Below, in pieces: positions 36,132 through 45,084 of a stretch of DNA of 64,000 nt. The stretch comes from Bacteroidota bacterium (GTDB lineage: Bacteria; Bacteroidota; Rhodothermia; Rhodothermales; UBA10348). The position numbers were made by a program, and so were the translations under genes. The DNA is taken from positions 124,473 through 188,472 of the forward strand of contig JAQBZH010000001.1 in assembly GCA_027622005.1 (NCBI GenBank), in the 5' to 3' direction. Within the stretch, counting starts at the first letter, position 1. Every line of letters starts with the position of its first letter. The notes beneath the pieces were generated by a model. It was not told the DNA's origin, searched no databases, and saw only the letters and a program-made list of their open reading frames with translations.

Positions 36132-37553
36132 TTACCTCGATCTTTGGGATGGGTATCTGAGGACCACAATCGGGCTAAATCGACGCTGGACGATGTATTT
36201 GGGAAGAGAATCGACCGTTTTACCGACCTCAACGTAGGTGTAATCCGCCAAAACACGGGTCCAAAGTGGTCCCACGAGGCGGTATTCAAACTCAAAGCGG
36301 AGCCTGTTTTCATCACCCAAAGACTCGAAAAGGGATTTGAATCCGACCAAGCCGGCACGGTCCTGTCCAATCGAAACATTGAACCGATCGGCCAGAAATC
36401 GAAATCGAAGGTGATATTCGCTTAACGGTTGAATGCCATGATACCGGTGGAACGAGTACCAAAATTCAAACCGATTGAAAACGTACATTCGAAGCTCTGT
36501 TTCGACCGAATTTCCGCGTTCAATGGACCTCAGATCAAATCCCTCTCGCTGGGATTCATCTTCGGAAACGACCTGAGCCCGATGACTATTTACGGTGTAA
36601 AAGGCTCCAAAGTAACCCGATTTAAAGTCTGCGCTGTTATAATGGAGAGCCAATCGAAAGTGCAAACGGGCAAAATCAACGAAATTGTCGTGAGCTACGT
36701 CGGCGCCAAACATGATTCCTTGTCCGAAACCGGGTAATCGAGCCACACTGACAAATGGATTAAAAGAGAAACCCCCCGTGGAATAAGCCTGCATGCGAAT
36801 ACCCACTTCCTGGCCATCTATAGGGTTATTAGTCGAAAGGCGCTTTTTTTGATCTGAGACGACCGTCGTGGAGACCGACAGGGAAGAAAACGGTGAAGAG
36901 GTTCCCGAAAAGGGTTGAAATGACAATCTCGCACCGATCAGACCGATCGAAGTTATGTTTTCAGAAAACCCTTCTAATGCCACTGATTTTGAAGCGAGTC
37001 GGACTTCAAATCCCACGGTTTTGGCATCCAGGGCGGCTTCAGAATTGAGAAAGTTGACCAGGTGACCTGCGCCGAGCCTCGTTCGATCCAGCGGGCCGAT
37101 TCTGACATACTTTCCTCCGGTAGGAGAACCATAACGGGCGGATTGAACCAGTCGAACCAAGTCGTAAAATTCATCGGTGTCAGGCAAGTAGGCTCCGTAA
37201 ACCCCCGCCCGAACCAGCCCGGCTAGGTGGAGATAGTAGGGAGATGTCCGCCTTGAATATTCGATCGAACCGCCCGTGTACCACTGCGGCCCAACCAGCG
37301 AGAAGCCGACACCTCCCTCAAAAATCGAGGAGGATCGTCCTTTAGACCTTGCCATGTCGTCAGAGGGATCGTCCAACGACCCAAACAAAGCCGCCTGACC
37401 ATAAGAATTTGACCAACAGGCAAGGCTTATTACCCATAAAAAAGTGAAGCGGAAGCAAAACGTCAGTGAAGTGCTAACAAAACACCTTGGAAAGGGCAGC
37501 GGATGGGTTATGACGGGTATTGAGAGCATGATTGGAGCCAAAATAACGTTCAT
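36132..37553 (-). CDS. hypothetical secreted or outer-membrane protein (beta-rich)
   Basis: Long ORF (track 36132..37631). An internal ATG at 37553 gives a hydrophobic signal-like N-terminus. The alternating hydrophobic pattern and aromatic-rich C-terminal half suggest a beta-barrel. I recognise no family. Confidence 0.45.
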   Translation of the reverse strand: MNVILAPIMLSIPVITHPLPFPRCFVSTSLTFCFRFTFLWVISLACWSNSYGQAALFGSLDDPSDDMARSKGRSSSIFEGGVGFSLVGPQWYTGGSIEYSRRTSPYYLHLAGLVRAGVYGAYLPDTDEFYDLVRLVQSARYGSPTGGKYVRIGPLDRTRLGAGHLVNFLNSEAALDAKTVGFEVRLASKSVALEGFSENITSIGLIGARLSFQPFSGTSSPFSSLSVSTTVVSDQKKRLSTNNPIDGQEVGIRMQAYSTGGFSFNPFVSVARLPGFGQGIMFGADVAHDNFVDFARLHFRLALHYNSADFKSGYFGAFYTVNSHRAQVVSEDESQREGFDLRSIERGNSVETELRMYVFNRFEFWYSFHRYHGIQPLSEYHLRFRFLADRFNVSIGQDRAGLVGFKSLFESLGDENRLRFEFEYRLVGPLWTRVLADYTYVEVGKTVDSLPKYIVQRRFSPIVVLRYPSQRSR

Positions 37554-37678
37554 TTGGCTTATTCGAGCAGGAAATTGACCGGGTGTTATTGATTTACCTC
37601 GACAGCAGCCAAAACACCAAGTAGATGGCACGAAAATTGGGGTAGGCTACATATCCATTCATCTAAAACCACAGCACC

Positions 37679-39301
37679 GTGAATCGATCCTCTGCCGCCC
37701 GCCTCGGCATACCGGTCCGCCAATTGACCGGCCGCATCCTGATCCCCTTCGGACTGCTCCTAGTTGCCGTCTCCATTCTGCTCTCGATTTTTGCGACAAA
37801 CAGAGTGTACGATCGCCATTCGCAAGAACAGCAAGTTACCATTAAAACACTTTTTGAGACGCAAGCCTCCGTTCATTCATCTCGGAACGGTTTGGCCGTT
37901 TTGAGCCAAAACAGAGGCTATGAGCGGGTTTGGATCTTAAGCTCAACCGGTGATATTCTCGATTCAAACAACCTGTCGGAGATTGGGACGCATCTGGAGT
38001 CGCGGTGGTGGGACCGGCTGAAAGACGTAAACGCGGGCTTTGTTCAAGAGGATGTTGACTTCGGAAATCAAGTGCTTTCGATGACGGCGTTACTTCACCC
38101 AGAAATGGGTCGATGGGTGGTAATCGTTTCACGACCCGTATCGGTTTGGCAGTTAGTCGTGCTGTATTCGGGTCTCATTTTGATTGCGGGTCTCATTTTG
38201 TGGCTATTGACGGCTGGCTTGATCTGGGCAACTCTGGCGCAAAAAATTGCATCGCCAATAAAGAAATTGGACGAACGCACGAAAGAAATGGTCAATGGAT
38301 CGATGTTGACGGAAGCCGCGCTTGAGCGCCTGCTTGCCGAAACCACAATGAGTTTAGGCGGACATGCCACTTACGTAGTTGAACTTGCGCGAAAAGTCAG
38401 AACTGCCAACGAGCAAAGCGCCGAATCCAAAGCTCAATTCAAACAGCTTTTTGACGGACTTCCAGCTTTCTCGTTTATTCGGTCTTCAGGCGGCAAAATT
38501 GTTCTGTGTAACAAGAGACTAGCTGAAAAGCTATCGGTCGACCCAGCATGGATTGAAGGGCAACCCATGAATACGCTTAAGGGCCACATTCCCCTTAGTC
38601 ACCTTGAGACATGGTTTTCTAAAGAAAGTGCGTCTAAAGTTGGCATAAATCGGGTGGAGATGTTTCCAGCCCACGATAACGAGCTTTCCGTTCCCATCGC
38701 TCTGACCATTCAACCAATTAAATTCGAAGGGCTACCCTGTCATTTGGTGATGGTCGAAGAGATTGAACATGAAAGCGAGCATTCCGCATCCGGTTTGGGT
38801 AAAAATACGGACGGATTCGTTTCCCAAATGAACGGCTCGGGTGATGGTTCGAGTTTCTCGTGTGAACCGTCGGTGGCGTTTTCGTCGTCATCATCAGCTC
38901 TGAAGAATGGCGAACAGAGTAAGTTGTTAGACGGGCTAATGGAAGCCACCGGGCAGTTTGTCGTTGTCTTCAACGACGATGCCAAGACCATATTTTGGTC
39001 CCCAGCCGCTCAAAACATAACGGGATTAGGCCTGGAAGACATTCCAGATATGAAGTCGTTTTCGGAAAAAGTCTTTACGACTAAGCAGGAGCGTAAACTG
39101 TTTAAAACTTGGATAGACGGAGCGCCCGATGAGCGGAGTCAGGAATTAAAAGTTCAGATCCTGGACGGAACGGTTACGAGTCGATGGTATGCATCAGAAA
39201 TCGATCTGGGAATGGAAGAATCGGTAGGAGCTTTGTGGGCGTTATTGGACACGCACATTAATCGAAAGACCAATTCAAAAAGGGAACCGGTTGCACGGTG
39301 A
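37679..39301 (+). CDS. membrane sensor protein (TM-periplasmic-TM-HAMP-like-PAS-PAS) with no output domain
   Basis: 540 aa with two TM segments. It has a HAMP-like linker (IASPIKKLDERTKEMVNG) and two PAS-like blocks (FKQLFDGLPAFSFIRSSGGKIVLCNKRLAEKL; LLDGLMEATGQFVVVFNDDAKTIFWSPAAQNITG). It ends at a TGA at 39299-39301. Confidence 0.65.
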   Translation: MNRSSAARLGIPVRQLTGRILIPFGLLLVAVSILLSIFATNRVYDRHSQEQQVTIKTLFETQASVHSSRNGLAVLSQNRGYERVWILSSTGDILDSNNLSEIGTHLESRWWDRLKDVNAGFVQEDVDFGNQVLSMTALLHPEMGRWVVIVSRPVSVWQLVVLYSGLILIAGLILWLLTAGLIWATLAQKIASPIKKLDERTKEMVNGSMLTEAALERLLAETTMSLGGHATYVVELARKVRTANEQSAESKAQFKQLFDGLPAFSFIRSSGGKIVLCNKRLAEKLSVDPAWIEGQPMNTLKGHIPLSHLETWFSKESASKVGINRVEMFPAHDNELSVPIALTIQPIKFEGLPCHLVMVEEIEHESEHSASGLGKNTDGFVSQMNGSGDGSSFSCEPSVAFSSSSSALKNGEQSKLLDGLMEATGQFVVVFNDDAKTIFWSPAAQNITGLGLEDIPDMKSFSEKVFTTKQERKLFKTWIDGAPDERSQELKVQILDGTVTSRWYASEIDLGMEESVGALWALLDTHINRKTNSKREPVAR

Positions 39302-39319
39302 CGGTTAGTAACTAATAGT

Positions 39320-39610
39320 ATGAAAACTACACCAACGGCGATAGAATCTCTGGATGTGTCTTCAATCAAGGAGGCACTCGGCCAGCTCAAGGCTCAATTA
39401 TCCAAAATTCACCACGATGTTAACAATCCAGTGACCGTGGTTAGTGGCAACATTGAACTTATACGGGAGTTGGCTAAAGCTCTAGGCGTGGAGTCGGAAT
39501 TTGACGGACCACTGAATGATATGCAAGTCGCACTCGACGATCTTACCGAGCGCATAGACAAATTGATGATTGTTCGAAAAATTGTTACAAATCTGTCCGA
39601 CAAGCTCTAA
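39320..39610 (+). CDS. stand-alone histidine-kinase DHp (HisKA-like) domain protein, 96 aa
   Basis: It looks like a two-helix hairpin with an H-box (LSKIHHDVNNPVTVVSGNIELI). It is in the same reading frame as the upstream sensor ORF, separated by the TGA plus 6 sense codons. No HATPase_c follows, and porU starts 15 nt later. Confidence 0.6.
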   Translation: MKTTPTAIESLDVSSIKEALGQLKAQLSKIHHDVNNPVTVVSGNIELIRELAKALGVESEFDGPLNDMQVALDDLTERIDKLMIVRKIVTNLSDKL

Positions 39611-39625
39611 TTAACGCCCTAGACC

Positions 39626-42600
39626 ATGCGAGCTCGTATTCATCTATTAGCTCTTTCCATTCTTTTTTTGTTTCCCTTGGTGACGAAGGGACAGAGCGTC
39701 CGAACCGAAACTTCCGACTTTCTTGATGGACGCATCCAAGTCGATTATTATTTCGATTGGACCATCTCGTTGGCTGAATTTGTGGACTCATCAAGCGTTG
39801 TCCTATGGAATGAATCGGTGGTTGATCAGGCAACAGGTGGGTTTTTAAATGCCTCGACTACCATTACACTACCCGCTCTAACCCATCCAATGGTTCGCGT
39901 TGTGGAGCGACAATACGATGAGCGCGAGGTCCAGATAGCGGAGTCAGGTAGCCCAGCAGAAATCCGTGAGGTTTGGCATGCCGGACTTGGGATGTTCCAG
40001 AAAAAGCCTGTTACAGATATTGTCGTACCCGTTTTTCAAATTGATCGCTCCCAGGGTGTTTTGCGTCGCTTTAGGCACATTCGCGTCGAAGTTACCCCTG
40101 GCATCCTCAACTCGGATGCGTCAGAGCCGGCCGCCACTGCTTTGAATAGCGGACGTGCCCTTAAAAGTGGGTCAGTCATTAATAGCGCCTTATCGACCGG
40201 GCAAATATTTAGAATATCGATAGCTTCGGCAGGCATTTACCGCGTAAATCGCGCTTTTTTAATAGCTCTCGGGCTCAATCCAGATGCGATCGATCCCAAC
40301 TCGATTGAAATATTAGGAAATGGAGGAAGGCCACTTTTAGCGCTTAACGCCATCAACCGAATTTCAGATTTGAGTTCAATTCCCGTGGGGCGTACCGGTG
40401 GAGGAGATGGTAATTTTGGATCTGCGGACGAAATTATCTTTTACGCGAGTGGGCCATCGGGATGGACGTATAAGGGAGGTAAGTTTGAACACTTCATCCA
40501 CCCCTATTCCAACGACAACGCCGTATTTCTGAAAATCGGAGCTGGTTCTGGCCCCTCTCAGGCCATCCGGACTTATTCGCCGGGCGCCTCAATGCCGATA
40601 TTTTCGTCTACAACAGGACGCTATTTTCTAGATGTTGAAGAACGGGTTTGGAGTAGGGAGCACGGAAGCGGAATCGACTGGATGAGCAATACGATTCGTT
40701 CCGGAGGTAGTAGAGATTTTTTATCAGGTCTCGTTTTGCCAGGTTTGATGGCCGGGACCATCGACTATGAAACACGGGTAGCGATTGCTTCCAACCCGAG
40801 GGCTACGGTCGCCATGTTGTCGGGCAGCGCGACATTGGCACAACGAACGGCGCCGCTTGCAACGACTCAAAACGCGGAAGATGCCTCGGCATCTGAAACG
40901 ACCTTTTCCTTTCAACAGTCAGTAACAAGTGGGCAGCCTATAAATTTAACCATGCGGCTATTGAATCAATCCAATGAACCTGAAGCGTCGCTGGATTGGA
41001 TTCGAATTACATTCTCTCAAGCGCTTATCAGGGCGGGCGGGCCTCTTTATTTTACCTCTCGACCGGGTTTGAGTGGAGCACAATCCTATGAATTGAGTGG
41101 CTTTGCAGAACTACCCAAAGTGTGGGATATTACCGACGGCCAATATTCCGCTTCTTATGATGTTGGCAGCGTTTCGGGGAACCACATCATTCAACTTTCT
41201 TCGGATGATGTATTAATCCGCCCAAGAGATCTGGTGGCCTTTGTAACGGCCGACATCCAAAATTTAGTCGCGTCCCAGTCGACCCCTGCCCCAAATCAAG
41301 ATCTGCACGGTATAGCGGGATTTCCGGACATGGTTATTGTCGCTCCCGAGGCTTTCATGCCTGCCGCGGAGCGGTTGGCTGACCATCGTCGGAAGGAGAA
41401 TTTAGATGTCATTATCGTGTCTCCGACACAAATTTACAACGAGTTTTCGGGAGGTGTGCCCGATATGCGGGCCGTTCGCGACTACATGCGGTTTTTATAC
41501 TTCCGGGCGCCACAAAACGAACTCCCTCGATATTTATTGTTGATGGGTGATGGACACTACGACTTTCGCGGCAAATCAACGGTAACAAAACCGTTACTCA
41601 ATCACATTTTTCCATACGAAACGGAGGAGTCCCTGTATACCGACGGGACTTTTACTTCGGATGATTATTTTGGCCTTTTGGACACCAACGAGGGTGTTTG
41701 GACCTACACCTCGTTTACGCATCAATCTTCGGAACGGGTGGATATCGGTATTGGTCGGTTCCCGGTGCAGACTTTGGCCGAAGCCGAGGTCATGGTCAGT
41801 AAAATCATGTCTTACGAAGACCCCTCCACGTTTGGATCCTGGCGAACGCAGTACACCGCTGTCGCTGACGACGGCCCAACGGGACTTTCGGGCACTCAAA
41901 ACGACAACGATTTGCATCTGGCCAACGTGGATCAAGTGGTCGAATTAGTTGCGCGGGATTTGTATCCCCAAATCAACCTGAAAAAAATATATGCCGAGAC
42001 CTTCGAACGAGTGTTTTTGAACGGTTTTCGGATTCCGGATGCCAAGCGCGAATTCAGTGCTGCGTTAAACCGGGGGACGCTAATTTTGAATTATAGCGGA
42101 CATGGCGGCCCCGATGGTCTGGCTCAGGAAGAGATTTTTACCAAAGAAGACGCGCTTGCGTTAACCAATAAGGACAAATTGGCGGTTTTCATCACGGCGA
42201 CCTGTTCGTTTGGGTGGTGGGATTTACAGGAATCCCAAAGCGGGGCGGAACTGCTTTTACTCAATCCAAACGGTGGCGCTGTGGCCATGCTAACTACGGT
42301 TAGATTAGTGTACACATCGGGTTCAGTTGAATCGTTAAATGCCGGGCTGAATCGATCGTTGAACATTGCGATGTTCAAGACTGACGCTGACGGCTTGCCG
42401 CGGCGCCTTGGAGATGCGCTGCTCGAAACCAAAAACACGGCCGTAGGGCTTCAGGGCAACAGCCGAAAATTCAATTTATTGGGCGATCCATCGATGCGCA
42501 TCGGTCTGCCTTCAGGAAACGCTGTGGTTTCGCAGCTAAATCAAACGCCTTTGGCCACGCAAACCGGTCAAATGAAAGCGCTCGACCTCGTAACCATTAC

Positions 42601-43618
42601 CGGCGAGATCCAGAACACGAATGGTTCGACGAACGCCGCCTTTAACGGAAAGGTAGACGTTACCGTATTTGATGCTGAGCGAAACGTGCCGCTAATCGTT
42701 CGTTTTTACAATCCGACTACTTATTTCCGGCAGCGAGAAGATCTATTGTGGCGGGGCACAGTCCAGGCGGTTAGCGGCAAGTTTAACGCAGAATTTGTCG
42801 TGCCGAAGGATATCAGCTATTCCAACCAACGCGGACGCATTGCCGTTTATGCCCAGGCTCTTGATTTTCAGGCTCTCGGCTATTCGGAAAATTTTATCGT
42901 GGGTGGGACCTCCTTAAATCCACCCAATGATAATGATGGACCTCAAATTAGATTGTTTCTCAATGATTCGACCTTTGTGGCAGGTAAAACGGTCGATTCA
43001 AATCCGGAATTAATCGTCAAATTGTTTGATTCTTCGGGAATAAACACCGTCGGTACTGGTGTTGGCCATGAGATGCTGTTGTCCCTCGATGGAAACGATA
43101 GTGCGGCGGAGGATATTGGAAGCGCATTCGTTGCTGAAGCCAATTCGTTTCAGCGTGGAGAGGTTCGATGGCCGCTTAATGATCTGGAGCCGGGTTCCCA
43201 CTCCCTCAGTGTCCGAGCGTGGGACGTATTAAATAACTCAAATACGACCGAGATTTCATTTAATGTCGCAAATGATGAGGTATTGAACGTACTTAATGTG
43301 TACAACTATCCGAACCCTATGAATCGGGAAACCCGATTCGTGTTCGAACATAATCAGCCCCAAGGGACTTCTGCGGAGGTCCAAATTCGCATTTATACGC
43401 TTAGCGGACGACCGATACGAACGATACATTCGGATGAAGCGCTTCCTGAAGGAATTCTGGGAAGTGGACCCATTCAGGTCTACTGGGATGGAAAAGATGA
43501 TGATCTTGACCGTCCTGCAACCGGAATCTATCTGTATCGTTTGAGGGTCGTGACCCACGGCTCGAACGGAGACCGACAGGTTAGCGAGCACATCGAAAAA
43601 ATAGCTATCATTCGATAG
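39626..43618 (+). CDS. porU: type IX secretion system sortase PorU (C25 gingipain-like peptidase)
   Basis: 1330 aa with a signal peptide. The C25 region includes FPDMVIVAPEAFMPAAERLADHRR, YLLLMGDGHYDFRG, the clan-CD His (NYSGHGGPDG) and Cys (FITATCSFGWW). The C-terminal T9SS CTD reads YNYPNPMNRETRFVFE...GIYLYRLRV. Confidence 0.9.
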   Translation: MRARIHLLALSILFLFPLVTKGQSVRTETSDFLDGRIQVDYYFDWTISLAEFVDSSSVVLWNESVVDQATGGFLNASTTITLPALTHPMVRVVERQYDEREVQIAESGSPAEIREVWHAGLGMFQKKPVTDIVVPVFQIDRSQGVLRRFRHIRVEVTPGILNSDASEPAATALNSGRALKSGSVINSALSTGQIFRISIASAGIYRVNRAFLIALGLNPDAIDPNSIEILGNGGRPLLALNAINRISDLSSIPVGRTGGGDGNFGSADEIIFYASGPSGWTYKGGKFEHFIHPYSNDNAVFLKIGAGSGPSQAIRTYSPGASMPIFSSTTGRYFLDVEERVWSREHGSGIDWMSNTIRSGGSRDFLSGLVLPGLMAGTIDYETRVAIASNPRATVAMLSGSATLAQRTAPLATTQNAEDASASETTFSFQQSVTSGQPINLTMRLLNQSNEPEASLDWIRITFSQALIRAGGPLYFTSRPGLSGAQSYELSGFAELPKVWDITDGQYSASYDVGSVSGNHIIQLSSDDVLIRPRDLVAFVTADIQNLVASQSTPAPNQDLHGIAGFPDMVIVAPEAFMPAAERLADHRRKENLDVIIVSPTQIYNEFSGGVPDMRAVRDYMRFLYFRAPQNELPRYLLLMGDGHYDFRGKSTVTKPLLNHIFPYETEESLYTDGTFTSDDYFGLLDTNEGVWTYTSFTHQSSERVDIGIGRFPVQTLAEAEVMVSKIMSYEDPSTFGSWRTQYTAVADDGPTGLSGTQNDNDLHLANVDQVVELVARDLYPQINLKKIYAETFERVFLNGFRIPDAKREFSAALNRGTLILNYSGHGGPDGLAQEEIFTKEDALALTNKDKLAVFITATCSFGWWDLQESQSGAELLLLNPNGGAVAMLTTVRLVYTSGSVESLNAGLNRSLNIAMFKTDADGLPRRLGDALLETKNTAVGLQGNSRKFNLLGDPSMRIGLPSGNAVVSQLNQTPLATQTGQMKALDLVTITGEIQNTNGSTNAAFNGKVDVTVFDAERNVPLIVRFYNPTTYFRQREDLLWRGTVQAVSGKFNAEFVVPKDISYSNQRGRIAVYAQALDFQALGYSENFIVGGTSLNPPNDNDGPQIRLFLNDSTFVAGKTVDSNPELIVKLFDSSGINTVGTGVGHEMLLSLDGNDSAAEDIGSAFVAEANSFQRGEVRWPLNDLEPGSHSLSVRAWDVLNNSNTTEISFNVANDEVLNVLNVYNYPNPMNRETRFVFEHNQPQGTSAEVQIRIYTLSGRPIRTIHSDEALPEGILGSGPIQVYWDGKDDDLDRPATGIYLYRLRVVTHGSNGDRQVSEHIEKIAIIR

Positions 43619-43864
43619 TTTTTGACCGATACTACTGTAACATCAAGACGTAACAAAGATTTTATTGACAGAACGGATACTAGAACACGTTTTTTTCAAT
43701 CATTGTAACGGCGGAAAAGCCAGACCTGACGATTTACCTGTTAAGGTAGTTGGCTTTCCATTAAATTGAGTGCTTACAGAATGTACGTAGTGAACAGACA
43801 CGACGAATTGACGCTTGTCAACCATAACCTGAAGTCAGGTAGAATCCAGATTTTTAAGCAAACC

Positions 43865-44998
43865 ATGCATCCTATTTCGCGAATCGCGTTCTTTTTGTTC
43901 GTAGCGGCAATGCTGCTACCAACTGTAGCTTCTGCCCAGGTCGGGGGCTCTGCGGTAGTGTTCCTGAAAATTGAACCAGATAGCCGGGCTTCCGGAATGG
44001 GAAATGCAGGCGTTGCATTGGCAGATAATGCAAGTGCCATCTTCTGGAATCCGGCCGGTTTAGCTTTTCAAACAGGAACGGAAGCTGCCATTACACACTC
44101 AACGTGGCTCCCAGAGTTTAAAGCAGACTTGTTTTACGAGTATTTGATTGCTAAGCATCACGTTCCAGGTTGGGGTACGTTCGGTGCACATTTGACTTAT
44201 TTGTTTCTAGGTCAGCACGAGGGACGCGACGCACAAAACAACCCAACCGGTACATTTCGTTCTTACGATTTGGCTACAGGAATTTCCTACGGCGTAAAAT
44301 TGAATGAACGCTTTGGTGTAGGTACGAGCCTTCGCTTCATTTATTCCAATCTGGCTCCAGGCCAAACCGTTGGCGCACAGGAAACGAAAGCTGGTGTGTC
44401 CACCGCTTTCGATATCGCCGCATTATACCGTACGCGAAAGTTCGCGATGGGAGAGACCATGAAAGGGGAGTTTTCAGCTGGCTTTAACCTGGCCAACATG
44501 GGCAACAAGATTCAATACTCCGACAATGCTCAAGCAGACCCGATTCCAACCAATGTGCGCTTCGGTTATGCGTTCAAGATGGAATTCGACGAATTTAACA
44601 GCCTAACGTTAGTTACAGACTTTAATAAAGACCTAATCCACTATTCAGACTCCTCTTCGGCGGCTGACCCGTTCTATAAAGCGATTTTCACCTCGTGGGC
44701 GCCCGTGAAAGTTCGAACCAATGCACTTGCTGATGACGAAGCTCAGTACAAATCTCTCGGCGTTCTAAGCCAATTGACCATCGGAACGGGGTTTGAGTAT
44801 TGGTACAACAATTTGTTTGCCCTTCGTGGCGGGTATTTTTACGAAAACCCCAACAACGGTAATAGAAAGTACATGACACTCGGTGCTGGTGTTCGAATGA
44901 GCATTATCGGGATTGATTTTTCGTACATCTATGCCGAACAAAACTCCCCGCTTGCCAACACCATGCGCTTTTCGATGATCGTAAATTTCGAGAAGTAA
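43865..44998 (+). CDS. porV: type IX secretion system outer-membrane shuttle protein PorV (LptO)
   Basis: It has a signal peptide (MHPISRIAFFLFVAAMLLPTVASAQ) and the PorV/PorQ-family block FLKIEPDSRASGMGNAGVALADNASAIFWNPAGLAF. It is beta-barrel-like and ends in an aromatic-rich strand. The track ORF starts at 43766. Confidence 0.9.
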   Translation: MHPISRIAFFLFVAAMLLPTVASAQVGGSAVVFLKIEPDSRASGMGNAGVALADNASAIFWNPAGLAFQTGTEAAITHSTWLPEFKADLFYEYLIAKHHVPGWGTFGAHLTYLFLGQHEGRDAQNNPTGTFRSYDLATGISYGVKLNERFGVGTSLRFIYSNLAPGQTVGAQETKAGVSTAFDIAALYRTRKFAMGETMKGEFSAGFNLANMGNKIQYSDNAQADPIPTNVRFGYAFKMEFDEFNSLTLVTDFNKDLIHYSDSSSAADPFYKAIFTSWAPVKVRTNALADDEAQYKSLGVLSQLTIGTGFEYWYNNLFALRGGYFYENPNNGNRKYMTLGAGVRMSIIGIDFSYIYAEQNSPLANTMRFSMIVNFEK

Positions 44999-45084
44999 TT
45001 TCGTAAGGCGATGATGTTGGTGGTACCTTTATGATTCCGCCACGCAGCTAGGTGTAAAGGAAACCACGGATTGACGGGTATTAC

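Noticed and set aside
39299-39301. The in-frame TGA between the sensor and DHp ORFs, read as selenocysteine or as evidence of a TGA-reassigned genetic code.
   Set aside because: - TGA clearly terminates many well-aligned genes here. Examples are the ATGA overlaps at 28329, 29924, 48255, 57530 and 62558.
- The AT-rich sequence just downstream (cggttagtaactaatagtatg) shows no SECIS-like hairpin.
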